Assembly: GCA_963802515.1 (NCBI GenBank)
Contig: CAWDIX010000002.1
Location: 1,232,418 to 1,296,417, forward strand
Reading direction: 5' to 3'
Length of the DNA: 64,000 nt
DNA from: an uncultured Verrucomicrobiae bacterium
Lineage (GTDB): Bacteria > Verrucomicrobiota > Verrucomicrobiia > Limisphaerales > UBA11358
Below, piece by piece: positions 9,785 through 20,810 of this stretch; position 1 is the stretch's first letter, and each line of letters opens with the position of its first letter. The notes under the pieces were generated by a model, which made no database searches, had not been told where the DNA came from, and worked only from the letters and a program-made list of their open reading frames with translations. The position numbers and the translations under genes are program-made.

Positions 9785-10044
9785 GCGTAGCGGCTTTCGG
9801 TCAGCCAAGCCGGAACGATGCCGTTGGTTCCGGGAGCGCAGGCCGCCGGCCTGCTGTGTTTGGCGGCCCGCCAAACATTTCGTCAATCCATTTGGGTTCG
9901 CACCGCTTAGTGAAAGCGAAGCGGGCGGACGAAGTTTTCGGTCCCGGCGGGTCGGGAAAAACCGCGCGCGGGCCGCTACACTCCCCATGGCAATGGCATC
10001 ATCCCGGTTAAAATTGGCGGCGCTCTACTGAGACGCCGCTACGC
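9785..10044. repeat. Nested palindromic (REP/REPIN-like) elements
   Basis: Outer perfect 10-bp inverted repeat GCGTAGCGGC...GCCGCTACGC. An inner element GGGAG(9832)...CTCCC(9985) has internal hairpins. Confidence 0.65.
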
Positions 10045-10098
10045 AAAATCGGCAGTTTTTTAATTTTTCATTTTGAATTTTTAATTTAACTTCGCGCC

Positions 10099-10866
10099 AT
10101 GTTCGCCTTGCTCCTCACCGATTTCACGGCCTGGAGTTACCTCCTCACCAGTCCCGTTTGGCTGTTGATGACCGCGTTCCAAATCTGGATGTTCGTCCAC
10201 GCCATCCGCAACCGCGAATGGATCTGGGCGCTGTTCATTTTCATCGGCTGGGGGTTGTCGGCGATTTTTTATTATTTCATGGTCTATCGCGCATCACCCT
10301 CCGCGATGAGCGGATTCGAACTGCCCGGGGCGCACAAGCGCAAACGCATCAAGGAACTTCAGGCCCAAATCCATCATCTCGACAAGGCGCATCATCACTC
10401 GCAACTCGGTGACATTTACTTTCAGCAGGGCAAGTTGGAGGAAGCGGAAAAATCCTACCGGGCGGCGATGGAACGCGACCCGAAAGACCTCGACACCCGC
10501 GCCCATCTGGGGCAATGCCTGCTTCGGCAGAAACGTGCCGCCGAAGCCCGTCTGTTGCTCGAAGGTGTCGTCGCTGAAAATCCCAAGCACGAATACGGTT
10601 ACACGATGATGGCGCTGGCCGAAACCCTGACGGCATTGGGTGAAACGGATTCGGCGCTGAGAATCTGGCAGCAGGTCACCGCGGAACACTCTTACGCCCG
10701 CGCCAAGGTGCAACTGGCCGAGCTTTACCTCGCCAAAAACCAACCGGCACTCGCCCGTCCTGAACTTCAGGACGTGATCAGCGACGACGTGCATGCCCCG
10801 ACGTTTCAGCGCAAACGCGACCGCGTGTGGATTTCCCGCGCGAAAAGTTTGATGGGGAAATTGTAG
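10099..10866 (+). CDS. Membrane-anchored TPR protein
   Basis: Two N-terminal TM segments followed by TPRs (QLGDIYFQQGKLEEAEKSYRAAMERDP). Confidence 0.8.
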   Translation: MFALLLTDFTAWSYLLTSPVWLLMTAFQIWMFVHAIRNREWIWALFIFIGWGLSAIFYYFMVYRASPSAMSGFELPGAHKRKRIKELQAQIHHLDKAHHHSQLGDIYFQQGKLEEAEKSYRAAMERDPKDLDTRAHLGQCLLRQKRAAEARLLLEGVVAENPKHEYGYTMMALAETLTALGETDSALRIWQQVTAEHSYARAKVQLAELYLAKNQPALARPELQDVISDDVHAPTFQRKRDRVWISRAKSLMGKL

Positions 10867-10900
10867 CAGTCCCGCAAGGCGGGATGAGTTCGCTCAAACT

Positions 10901-11197
10901 TTATTCAAGCCGTTCGCGCCAATAACTCGGATGCCGCTTGGCGTGCATGACCGCGACAATCCAAACGCGATCCGGTTGGTTCAGATAGATTACCGAGTAA
11001 GGAAATTTGCGCGACAACGCGCGTTGGGCCGGCGGACTGAAACGGAAGAAACGGTCGGGCTGACGGCAAATTTCTTTGATGAGCCGTTCGATTTCATCGT
11101 AAAAGCGGGCGCCAAGTTCAGAGGCAACGTCGGCGTAGCATTCGACGGCGCGAGCATATTCTTCAGCCGCAGCGGGATGAAAAACATGCGGCTTCAC
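10901..11197 (-). CDS. RelE/ParE-family type II toxin
   Basis: FHPAAAEE...LGARF...KFPYSVIY...IVAVMHAKRHPSYW; overlaps the antitoxin stop. Confidence 0.88.
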   Translation of the reverse strand: MKPHVFHPAAAEEYARAVECYADVASELGARFYDEIERLIKEICRQPDRFFRFSPPAQRALSRKFPYSVIYLNQPDRVWIVAVMHAKRHPSYWRERLE

Positions 11198-11424
11198 CGC
11201 TTGAGAATTTTTTGGATGCGGGCCGAGACTTCTTCGCCAAGGATACCTTTGACCTTGCCCGACTCGATTTCGGAAATGCGCCGGTCAATCTCGGTTTTCC
11301 AGGCAGCCTTGATTTCCGGCTCGCTCGTGTGCAGGTCTCCGGCCAAACGGTCGAGCAATTCGCCGACCTGTTCCGGCGGCCAATGCTTCGTCTCTTCAAC
11401 AATTTGATCAAGCGTCATCGGCAT
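11194..11424 (-). CDS. Addiction-module antitoxin component (TIGR02574-like)
   Basis: 76 aa with AWKTEIDRRISEIESGKV; directly upstream of the toxin. Confidence 0.85.
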   Translation of the reverse strand: MPMTLDQIVEETKHWPPEQVGELLDRLAGDLHTSEPEIKAAWKTEIDRRISEIESGKVKGILGEEVSARIQKILKR

Positions 11425-11619
11425 AACGACAATAATTTAACCGCAGCAGCGCGTTAATCCAACTTTTCTTTTGCGCGCTCGAATGCGAAAATCTGACAAA
11501 ATCTCTGACCCAAGTCATCGCAGTTATCAAGGTCACATTGTGCACGCTAAACCTTCACTTTCACCGCGTCCAGATCGATTTTGATTTCCGGCAACGGTGA
11601 ATATCTTCATCCTGCCTTT

Positions 11620-13160
11620 GTGTCAAATCTGATTGCCATCGTCGGACGGCCGAATGTCGGCAAGTCCGCGCTGTTCAACCGCATCGTCGGCAAACGGATT
11701 GCGATTGTGCATGACCAGCCTGGTGTCACGCGCGACCGCGTCACCGCCGAGGCGGAATGGCACGGGCGCCCGTTCACGCTGGTGGACACCGGCGGCATCG
11801 GCTTGTTGCGCCGTGAAAAATCCGACGACGTGATCATCAAAGCCGCCATGGACCAGGTCGAACTGGCCATTGAAGCCGCCAGCGTCAATCATTCTCGTCG
11901 TCAACGTGCAGGAAGGAATCGTTCCGCTCGACCGCGAAGTCGCCGCGCGCCTGCGCCGGAGCGGGAAACCCATTCTGGTGGCGGTCAACAAGGTGGACAC
12001 GCACCGGCTCGAAGGAGCGGTGACGGAATTTTCCCAGCTTGGCTTTGAGAAAATTTTCCCCGTCAGCGCGATTCATGGCGAAGGCATCGAGAATCTGATG
12101 AATGCGGCGGTTGCGGTTTTACCAGCCCACAGTCCTCAGTCCTCAGTCAAGAGTCCGACTGCCGAACCGACTGGAGACGGTGGACTGAAGACTGTGGACC
12201 TGACGTTGAAGCTTGCCATTGTCGGCCGCCCGAACGTCGGCAAGTCCTCAATTATCAACGCCTTGACGCAATCCTCGCGCGTCATCGTCAGCCCGGTTCC
12301 CGGCACGACGCGCGACGCGATTGACGTGCCGTTCGAGGTGAAAACCGAGCGGCGACGGGCGTCGCCGCCACGCAGAAATACATCCTGATTGACACCGCCG
12401 GCATGCGCAAGACGCGGCGGGTGGACGATTCGATCGAATTTTTCAGCGTCCAGCGCGCCGAGGATTCCATCGCCCGCTGCGACATTGCCATTCTGGTTTT
12501 GGATGCGGAAATGGGCATCACCGAGCAGGACAAAAAGATCGCCGACGTCATCGTCGAAAACCGCAAAGCCTGCATCGTGGTCGTCAACAAATGGGATTTG
12601 GTGGCGGAATCCGTCCGCCAGGCGCGCGAGGAGGAAATCGGCCGGCGCAACCGGAAGGACCGGCGCGAAGGGCAGGCCGGGGAACTGTCCACGCTCGGCG
12701 AATTCGGCGCGTGGGTGCAGGAAAAATTGTTTTTCCTCGATTACGCGCCGGTGATTTTCACGTCGGCCAAGTCCGGGTTTCAATCTCGACCGCCTGCTCG
12801 AGGCCGTGCGCTACGTGGCCGCGCAATTGCAGCAGAAAATTCCGACGGCAATTTTGAACCGCACGTTGCGCGACGCCGTCGAGCGCCGCCAGCCGGTCAG
12901 CGCGGTGGGACACCGGCTGAAATTTTTCTACGCGACGCAGGTGCGGCAGGCGCCGCCGACATTTCTGCTGTTCGTCAACCGCGACGAACTGTTTTCCGAC
13001 GCAATACAAAAAATATCTGGCGGACGAATTGCGCCGCGCGTTCGGTTACGAAGGCTGCCCGATCGTGCTGGTGCCGAAGCCGCGGCCCAAGACGGTTGAA
13101 CCGGTGCGGCGACAAAAACCGTTCCAAAAACGAAAACGCGCGCCGGGAAAATTGCGCTGA
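11620..13160 (+). CDS. der: Ribosome biogenesis GTPase Der (EngA); about 4 frameshifts, probably assembly errors
   Basis: Two GRPNVGKS P-loops, DTGG/DTAG, NKVD/NKWD and a KH-like end (FGYEGCPI), split over ORFs 11581, 11870, 12403, 12806 and a final frame ending TGA at 13160. Confidence 0.9.
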
Positions 13161-13272
13161 ATTTTATTCACCGCGGCGAATAAATCATCGTTGCTCAACG
13201 TTGACGCGGAATTTACGCTGATTTCATTTGGGAATATCGTTTTCGTAACTTTTTTGAAAATTTTTCTTGAAA

Positions 13273-13320
13273 CCACAACCGGTGGTAGCAGTATCGTTGT
13301 CGTTCCCCAACTAATTGGGG
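13273..13320 (+). promoter_or_regulatory. Candidate tandem NrdR boxes
   Basis: CCACAACCGGTGGTAG (13273) and CCCCAACTAATTGGGG (13305), 32 bp apart and upstream of the RNR gene. The arms match the acaCwA..TwGtg consensus; the centres are degenerate. Confidence 0.5.
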
Positions 13321-13438
13321 AAGCTGAATTTGTAGAAAGTCGGGCTTTGGTGGGAAATTAACAATTTTGGAAGTTCGGTCGGCATTTTTTCTTTGATGTC
13401 ACCGGGCGTTAAATGTCTAAAAACTTTGTGGAGGCAAC

Positions 13439-16400
13439 ATGATTGATGCACGCGAAGAAGTTTTGGCGCCTGCCCCGCATGTCGGGCGGCGCCGGGCCAC
13501 GAAAGTGGCGGCGGCACGCGACGTGGAAGTCAACAAGGACGCGACGAAGAAATCCCTGCGCATCGAGCGCATTTTCAGCGACGCGAAGGTCAAACCGTTC
13601 GACCAGATCGAATGGGAACGGCGCACCGCCGAAATCACCGACGACGCCGGCAAGGTGATTTTCAAGCAGGAAAACGTCGAGGTGCCGAAGTCGTGGTCGC
13701 TGCTCGCCACGAAGGTGGTCGTCTCGAAATATTTTTACGGCGAGCAAAACACGCCCGAGCGCGAAACCTCCGTGCGCCAGCTCATTCATCGCATCTGCCC
13801 GGACGATTGCGGATTGGGGCATCGCGGACGGTTATTTCAGCAAGGCCGACGGCGAAATTTTCTACGAGGAATTGACCTGGCTGTGCGTGAACCAATACGG
13901 CGCGTTCAATTCGCCGGTCTGGTTCAACGTCGGGCTGTCTCCACCAGTACGGCATCGGCAAAAATTCCAGCAAGGGCAACTGGTTTTACAACCGCAAGAC
14001 CGGCGAGGCCGAGCGCGCCACGACGCAATACGAATATCCGCAGGGCAGCGCCTGCTTCATCCAGTCGGTCGAGGACAACATGGAAAGCATCATGCGGCTG
14101 GCGCACAGCGAGGCGATGCTGTTCAAATTCGGCTCCGGCACCGGCACGGACCTGTCGCCGCTGCGTTCGAGCCGGGAAAAATTGAGCGGCGGCGGACGGC
14201 CCAGCGGCCCGATGAGCTTCCTGAAGGTCTATGACCAGGTTGCCAACGTCGTGAAATCCGGCGGCAAGACCCGGCGCGCGGCCAAGATGAACACGCTGCG
14301 CGACTGGCACGGCGACATCGAGGAATTCATTGACGCCAAGCAAAAGGAGGAAAAGAAGGCGTGGGCGCTCATCGAACAGGGCTATGACGGTTCCTACAAC
14401 GGCGATGCCTACGGCAGCGTGATGTATCAGAACGAAAACCTTTCCGTGCGCGCCAGCGACGAGTTCATGCAGGCCGCGCTCGACGGCAAGGAATGGTGGA
14501 CGCGCGCCATCACCACCGGCAAGCCGCTCGAAAAGAAGGACGCCGCGAAACTGCTTTACAAAATCGCCGAAGGCACCTGGATTTGCGGCGACCCCGGCAT
14601 GCAATACGACGGCGCGATCCAGAAATGGCACACCTGCAAGGGCACCGAGCCGATCCATTCCACCAATCCGTGCAGCGAATACGTCTTCCTCAACAACACC
14701 GCCTGCAATCTCGCGTCGCTGAATTTGATGAAATTCAAGCGCGAGGACGGCAAATTTGACGTGGAACGTTTCAAGGCCGCCGTGCGCATTTTCATCACCG
14801 CGCAGGAAATCCTCGTGGACAACGCCAGCTATCCGACCAAGGACATCGCCGAAAATTCCCACATTTTCCGCACGCTCGGCCTCGGTTACGCCAACCTCGG
14901 TTCGCTCGTGCATGAGCTACGGATTGCCTTATGACAGCGATGAAGGCCGCGCGCTCGCCGGCGCCATCACGGCCATCATGACCGGCCACGCCTACGAGCA
15001 GAGCGCGGAAATTGCCGCGAGCGTCGGCGCTTTTCCCGGCTACCGCGACGCCCGCTGCGCGCATGTGCCCAAACCGCTGGCAAAAGGACAACGTCGAATC
15101 CATGCTCGGCGTCATCCAATTGCACCGCGACGCCGTCGAAACCATCCAGCCGAGCCAGGAATTCAATTATCTGAAGGACGAGGCGCGCCGTTGCTGGGAC
15201 GGCGCGCTGGCAATCGCGGCCGCAAGTCTGGCTACCGCAACGCGCAGGTCACCGTTCTGGCGCCGACCGGCACCATTGCGTTTCTCGATGGACTGCGACA
15301 CGACGGGCATCGAACCCGACATCGCGCTGGTCAAATACAAGCTGCTTGCCGGCGGCGGCATGTTGAAGATTGTCAACCGCGGCGTGCCCGATGCGCTGCG
15401 CCGGCTCGGTTACGGCGAGGCAGAAATCACGGCCATCATCGCGCACATCGAAAAATTCGACACGATTGAAGACGTCGGAGGAAAACGGCCAGACCATCCG
15501 GAGCGGCTTGAAGCCGGAGCATCTGCCCGTTTTCGATTGTGCCTTCAAGCCGCATCGCGGCAAGCGCAGCATTCATTATCTGGCGCATTTGAAAATGATG
15601 GCTGCGGCGCAGCCGTTCATCAGCGGCGCCATTTCCAAGACCGTCAACATGCCAAACGAAAGCACGGTCGAGGACATCCGCGACACGTACATCCAGGCCT
15701 GGAAAATGGGACTCAAGTGCGTGGCGATTTACCGCGACGGCTCGAAGCGTTCGCAGCCGCTAAGCACCAAAAAGACCAGCGGCGGCTCCGGCGGCTCCGC
15801 TGCGGCGGATACTTCCTTGCTCGAAACCCGCATCAAGGAACTCGAAACCGAGGTGGCCAGACTGCGCGCCGAGACCGGCAAGCCGCTGCGCCGCCGTTTG
15901 TCCGACACGCGCACGGCGGTCACGCACAAATTCGACATTGCCGGCCACGAAGGTTACTGACGGTCGGATTGTTCGAAGACGAGCCAGCCGGGCGAATTGT
16001 TCATCACCATGGCCAAGGAAGGTTCGACCATCGGCGGCTTGATGGACGGCATCGGCACGCTCACCAGCATCGCGTTGCAATACGGTGTGCCGCTGGAAGC
16101 CCTCGTGAAAAAATTCGCCCACCAGCGTTTCGAGCCGAGCGGTTTCACGAAGAATCCCGAGATCCGCAACGCTTCCTCGATCACCGACTACGTGTTTCGC
16201 TGGATGGCCGCTGCAGTTTATTCCCGGCTATCGCGACGCCGTCACGGCCAATCGCGCACCAACCGGAACTGGCCATGCCCGGTCTGCTCGAAGAAGAAAA
16301 AAAAAGAGTGAACCGCCCGGTGCCTGAATTGCCGATTGCCGAGGACAACGACGTGCCTCGACGTAAAATCGGGCAACGGCAACGGCCATCACGCCCGCCG

Positions 16401-16541
16401 GCGCCCGTGAAATCGTTGAGCGATTCCGTCGCGCATTTTCAGCAGGACGCGCCCACCTGCCCGAACTGCGGCCACGTGGCCGTGCGCAACGGCGCGTGCT
16501 ACAAGTGCCTGAATTGCGGCGAGAGCCTCGGCTGCTCCTGA
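13439..16541 (+). CDS. nrdJ: Vitamin B12-dependent (class II) ribonucleotide reductase; multiple frameshifts
   Basis: FNSPVWFN, SACFI, TNPCSE, ACNLAS, APTGT, ISKTVN, a TSCPD-like domain and a C-terminal CPNC..CYKCLNCGESLGCS, spread over several ORFs. Confidence 0.9.
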
Positions 16542-16561
16542 AGCACCGTTTGCCCCGTCCC

Positions 16562-16594
16562 GCCGGAGAATTCTTTGAGTTCTCCGGCTTGTTT
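16562..16594 (+). terminator. Intrinsic terminator after nrdJ
   Basis: GCCGGAGAATTC-TTT-GAGTTCTCCGGC hairpin followed by TTGTTT. Confidence 0.65.
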
Positions 16595-16623
16595 CATTCG
16601 GCCGGCATGACTATGTTTCGGCC

Positions 16624-17305
16624 ATGAGCGACACCACTCCATTCGTTCGCGAGGATCCCTGGCGCATTTTCCGCATCATGGCCGAGTTTGTGGATTCTTT
16701 CCAGACGCTTTCGCATATCGGCCCCGCCGTTACGATTTTCGGCTCCGCGCGAACGCACCCGAACGACAAGTATTATCGCGCCGCCGCGGCCATCGCCAAA
16801 GGCCTGGCACAACATAACCTCGCCGTCGTCACCGGCGGCGGTCCCGGCATCATGGAAGCCGCCAACAAGGGCGCGGCGCAGGGCGGCGGCAAATCCGTCG
16901 GCCTCAACATCGAATTGCCGCAGCGAGCAGGCCGGCAACCGTTACGCCAACGTGCCGCTGCACTTCCATTATTTCTTTGCGCGCAAGGTCTGTTTCGCCA
17001 AATACAGCCTCGGCTTTGTGTTCATGCCCGGCGGTTTCGGCACGCTCGACGAATTTTTTGAAATCGTCACGCTCGTGCAAACCGAGCGCATCCCGCAATT
17101 CCCGCTCATCCTGTTCGGGCGCGACCACTGGAACGGCCTGCTGCGCTGGCTGAAAACGGAGGTGAAGGAAAAATGCAAATTTATCAGTCCTGCCGATCTC
17201 GACCTCGTCAATTTGACCGATGACCCGCAGGAGGCCATCAGCCTCATTCTGGACTACGAACGCCGTGTCGGTCCTCCTGGCGTCCTGCCCAAGGCCTTTG
17301 CGTGA
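16624..17305 (+). CDS. LOG-family (TIGR00730) nucleotide phosphoribohydrolase; one frameshift near 16921
   Basis: TIFGSAR and TGGGPGIMEAANKGA, then in the next frame FFARK and PGGFGTLDE. Confidence 0.88.
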
Positions 17306-17311
17306 TCCGGC

Positions 17312-18865
17312 ATGCGCCCGCTGATTTGCGAAATTCCCACCGCCCACTCGCCGGAGTCGCTGGTCGGGCAACTCTACGGCGAAGCCGGAATTGTTTTGCT
17401 TCGCACTGCGTCGTTCGATTCGCCGTCGGCGCGTTACTCATTCGTCACCGCAAATCCCATCCTCACGTTTCGCTCTTCGGGTTCGCGCTGCGCAATCTCC
17501 AGACCCCGGACCCCGGACCCGGGACCTCGGATTCAATTCGGCAACCCGTGGCATCTGCTTGACAGTTTGATGTCGCGCTTCGAACTGCTGGACGAAATTG
17601 ATTTGCCATTCCCGCTCGGCGGCTGTTTCGGTTATTGGGGTTACGACCTGAAAAATTTCACCGAGCCGAAACTCCCGCGCCGCGCCGTCAACGATCTCGA
17701 ACTGCCCGACTGCCACGTCGGCTTTTACGACAGCCTGGTCGTGTTTGATCATCGCCTCGGCAAAACGTTCATCGTTTCGACCGGGCTCGCTGCCGACGGC
17801 TCGCGGAGCGAAAAGCGGGCGCGGGAACAACTCGAATTTTGGCAAACACGTTTGGGAGAAACCCTCACCCCGGCCCTCTCCCTTTCGGAAAGGGCGAGGG
17901 AGAATGAATCGTCAGCCGGAGAAAGTACCTGCGATCCACAAAGTCGCTTCGATTTGCGAAAGTTTCTCCCTCTCCTGGGGGAGAGGGCCGGGATGAGGGC
18001 GAGCGTTGTTTCAAACTTTTCAAACGCTGATTTTCTTTCCGCCGTCGAACGCGCGCAGCGTTACATCCGCGTCGGCGACATTTACCAGGTCAACCTGTCG
18101 CAACGCCTGACCGCCCCGTGGAATTTTTCGGGCTGGGATTTGTTCCAACGGCTGGCCGTCGTCTCTCCCGCCCCGTTCTCGGCGTTCTTCGATTGCGGCG
18201 ATTTTGAAATTGCGTCGTCATCGCCGGAACAATTTCTGCGCTTGAGCGGTTCGCACATTCAAACCCGGCCCATCAAAGGCACGCGCCCGCGTGACGCCGA
18301 CCCGACCCGCGATGCGCAACTCGCCTACGAACTCCAGACCAGCGCGAAGGAACTGGCCGAATTGGTGATGATCACCGACCTGCTGCGCAATGATCTCGGC
18401 AAGGTGTGCGAATTCGGTTCCGTGCAGACGCCGGAACTGGCGCGGCTCGAGCGCTTCGCCCAGGTGCAGCATCTCGTCTCAACGGTCGAAGGCCGGTTAC
18501 GCAAGGACGTGACGCATTTCGCCGCGCTCGCGTCGTGCTTCCCCGGCGGCAGCATCACCGGCGCGCCGAAGTTCCGCGCCATGGAAATCATTGACGAATT
18601 GGAACCGATTGCGCGCGGGCCATACACCGGCGCGCTGGGTTATCTCGGTTTCAACCGCGAAAGCCAGTTGAGCATCATCATCCGCACGGCGATTTGCAAA
18701 GAGGGTTTCGCGCATTTCAACGTCGGCGCGGGCATTGTGGCCGATTCCAATCCCGAGGCGGAATATGAGGAAACGCTCGCCAAGGCGGCGGGGTTTTTGG
18801 CGGCGCTGCCAACCGACCTTTTCTCACCCGCGGATCACGTAAATGAACGCGAATGGAATTCGTGA
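17312..18865 (+). CDS. pabB: Aminodeoxychorismate synthase component I (chorismate-binding), with in-frame repeat insertions
   Basis: YQVNL, SSSPE, PIKGT, MITDLLRNDLGK, FPGGSITGAPK and GAGIVADS; adjacent to pabC. Confidence 0.85.
   Translation: MRPLICEIPTAHSPESLVGQLYGEAGIVLLRTASFDSPSARYSFVTANPILTFRSSGSRCAISRPRTPDPGPRIQFGNPWHLLDSLMSRFELLDEIDLPFPLGGCFGYWGYDLKNFTEPKLPRRAVNDLELPDCHVGFYDSLVVFDHRLGKTFIVSTGLAADGSRSEKRAREQLEFWQTRLGETLTPALSLSERARENESSAGESTCDPQSRFDLRKFLPLLGERAGMRASVVSNFSNADFLSAVERAQRYIRVGDIYQVNLSQRLTAPWNFSGWDLFQRLAVVSPAPFSAFFDCGDFEIASSSPEQFLRLSGSHIQTRPIKGTRPRDADPTRDAQLAYELQTSAKELAELVMITDLLRNDLGKVCEFGSVQTPELARLERFAQVQHLVSTVEGRLRKDVTHFAALASCFPGGSITGAPKFRAMEIIDELEPIARGPYTGALGYLGFNRESQLSIIIRTAICKEGFAHFNVGAGIVADSNPEAEYEETLAKAAGFLAALPTDLFSPADHVNEREWNS
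17862..17999. mobile_element. 138-bp MITE/REPIN-like element inserted in frame in pabB
   Basis: Terminal inverted repeats CCCTCACCCCGGCCCTCTCCC / GGGAGAGGGCCGGGATGAGGG (20 of 21 match); length is a multiple of 3. Confidence 0.75.
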
Positions 18866-18931
18866 AAATCGGCGGAATTCGCGGATTCATTTTTTCCTCT
18901 GCGTCCCGGCCCCTTTGCGTTAAAAATCGTC

Positions 18932-19765
18932 ATGCTCGTTTTCCTCAATGGCCAGTTTGTGCCCGAGGCGCGAGCGGTCGTTCCGGTCAACGACCGCGGT
19001 CTTATGTATGGCGACGGGCTGTTCGAGACGATGCGCGTCGTCCACGGCCGGCCATTCCGCCCGGCGCAACATCTGGAACGCATGGCGCGCGGCGCGGATT
19101 TTTTGAAAATCAAATCACCATTCACGGCGGAGGAATTGCAGGATTTCATCGGGCAGCTCATTGGGAAAAACAAAATGCCGGACGCCATTTTGCGCGTGAC
19201 GCTGACCCGCGGACCGGGCGAACGCGGTTACACGCCCAGATCAAATGGCAAACCAACGGTTGTGATGACGCTGCACGCCGCGCCGCCGTTGGGGAATGCG
19301 ATTCAGTGGAGTTTGGTCACGTCTTCGTTTCGAGTTCCCACCGCCGATCCGCTCGCGGCATTCAAAACGCTGAACAAGCTTACGCATGTCATGGCGCGGA
19401 TGGAGGCCGTGGAAAAAGGCGCGGACGAGGCTTTGCTCCTCAACTCGAATAGCGAAGTGGCCGAAACTGCGAGCGGCAATTTGTTTTGGGTTTCCCGCAG
19501 CCGGATTTGCACCGCGCCCACCGGTCGTGGCGCGTTGCCGGGCATCACGCGCGCTGTCGTGCTGGAAATCTGCCAGACGCTGGGTCTCCGGACGGACCAG
19601 CGCGTCATCAAACCCGGGGCGCTGTGGAATGCCAAGGGCATTTTCATCACCCAAAGCGTGTCCGGCATCGTGCCGGCGACCGCGCTTGACGGCAAACCGG
19701 TCGCGTCCTCGCCGCTGGTGGACCAAATCCGACACGCCTACCGCGAAAGGCTCAGGCGGCCGTGA
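18932..19765 (+). CDS. pabC: Aminotransferase class IV, probable 4-amino-4-deoxychorismate lyase
   Basis: DRGLMYGDGLFETMR, FKTLN, ETASGNLF and LPGITR; follows pabB. Confidence 0.8.
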   Translation: MLVFLNGQFVPEARAVVPVNDRGLMYGDGLFETMRVVHGRPFRPAQHLERMARGADFLKIKSPFTAEELQDFIGQLIGKNKMPDAILRVTLTRGPGERGYTPRSNGKPTVVMTLHAAPPLGNAIQWSLVTSSFRVPTADPLAAFKTLNKLTHVMARMEAVEKGADEALLLNSNSEVAETASGNLFWVSRSRICTAPTGRGALPGITRAVVLEICQTLGLRTDQRVIKPGALWNAKGIFITQSVSGIVPATALDGKPVASSPLVDQIRHAYRERLRRP

Positions 19766-20038
19766 GTCGCGGCAGAATCACCGGTTGCTGATGATTAATT
19801 TTTCGCATTAGCCGTCATCAAATCGTCTGGCCTCCCTTGAAATCGGCGGTGGCGGAGGCGTATGGTGCATCAAGAACCGGCGGGATTGAGCACGAGGGGC
19901 AGGGCCGGTGTCGAAACCCGAAAGCAGTTATGGATGAGATGCAGACTCGACGGGTTTTAATCGGGATGGCCTTTACCGGACACGAAGGCACGGGCCGTTC
20001 ACGCTCTGCACAACAAACTCGCGCATCAAGAGGTCGCT

Positions 20039-20740
20039 ATGATTGACCACGGTCTTGAACATTGTCCGTCCTTTATCAGCAGCCAGGTGCAATTCATGGC
20101 AGGGCTGGAATCGCCGATGCCAAAGAACGTGCGACGCACGGTGACGATTTCGCGGCAGGCGGGTTGCGGGGCATTAGTGGTCGCTGAAAGTCTGGCTCAT
20201 TATTTGCAGGGGCATTCCGCGGGGAACACCTGCCCGTGGGTGGTGTTTGATCGCAACCTCATGGACAAGGTCCTTGCGGATCACAACCTCCCGGCGTGCC
20301 TGGCGAAATTCCTGCCGGAAGACCGCATTTCGGAACTGGAAGACATCATGGCTGATGTGCTGGGAGTGCATCCGCCTGCAACGACGGTACTTCATCAGAC
20401 CGCCGAGACCATGCTCAAACTGGCTGAAGCGGGCAACGTGATCCTTATCGGCCGCGGCGCCAACATCGTCACCGCCCGATTGCCGCATGTGCTCCATGTC
20501 CGGCTGGTGGCTCCGCTCAATGACCGGGTGGAACACGCCCATGAAGCCTATAACATGACCAAAACCGAGGCGCGCAAATTTTGCCTGCGCGAAGACCGTG
20601 CCCGCCAGCGTTATCTCAAAAAATATTTTGGCGCCGACATCGAGGATCCCCTGCTCTACCACATGATTATCAATACCGGTCTGGTCGGCTACGAAGCCGC
20701 CGCTCGAATCATCGGCGATGCCGCGCTGAAACTGGCCTGA
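20039..20740 (+). CDS. Cytidylate kinase-like family protein
   Basis: VTISRQAGCGA, VILIGRGA, EDRARQRY and YHMIINT. Confidence 0.85.
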   Translation: MIDHGLEHCPSFISSQVQFMAGLESPMPKNVRRTVTISRQAGCGALVVAESLAHYLQGHSAGNTCPWVVFDRNLMDKVLADHNLPACLAKFLPEDRISELEDIMADVLGVHPPATTVLHQTAETMLKLAEAGNVILIGRGANIVTARLPHVLHVRLVAPLNDRVEHAHEAYNMTKTEARKFCLREDRARQRYLKKYFGADIEDPLLYHMIINTGLVGYEAAARIIGDAALKLA

Positions 20741-20810
20741 GCAAATCGTTCGCCGCCCCGGCTTTGACTTCGCTCTTGGGTCGCCGATTGGCCTGTGGCT
20801 TAATCCCGGC

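Noticed and set aside
13161-13438. Cobalamin riboswitch upstream of nrdJ
   Set aside because: No B12-box or GGGAA...GCCACTG core is recognisable.
11620-16541. der and nrdJ as pseudogenes or programmed frameshift genes
   Set aside because: der is essential, the motifs are intact, and the indels are numerous and lack consistent slippery sites. Sequencing or consensus error is more parsimonious.
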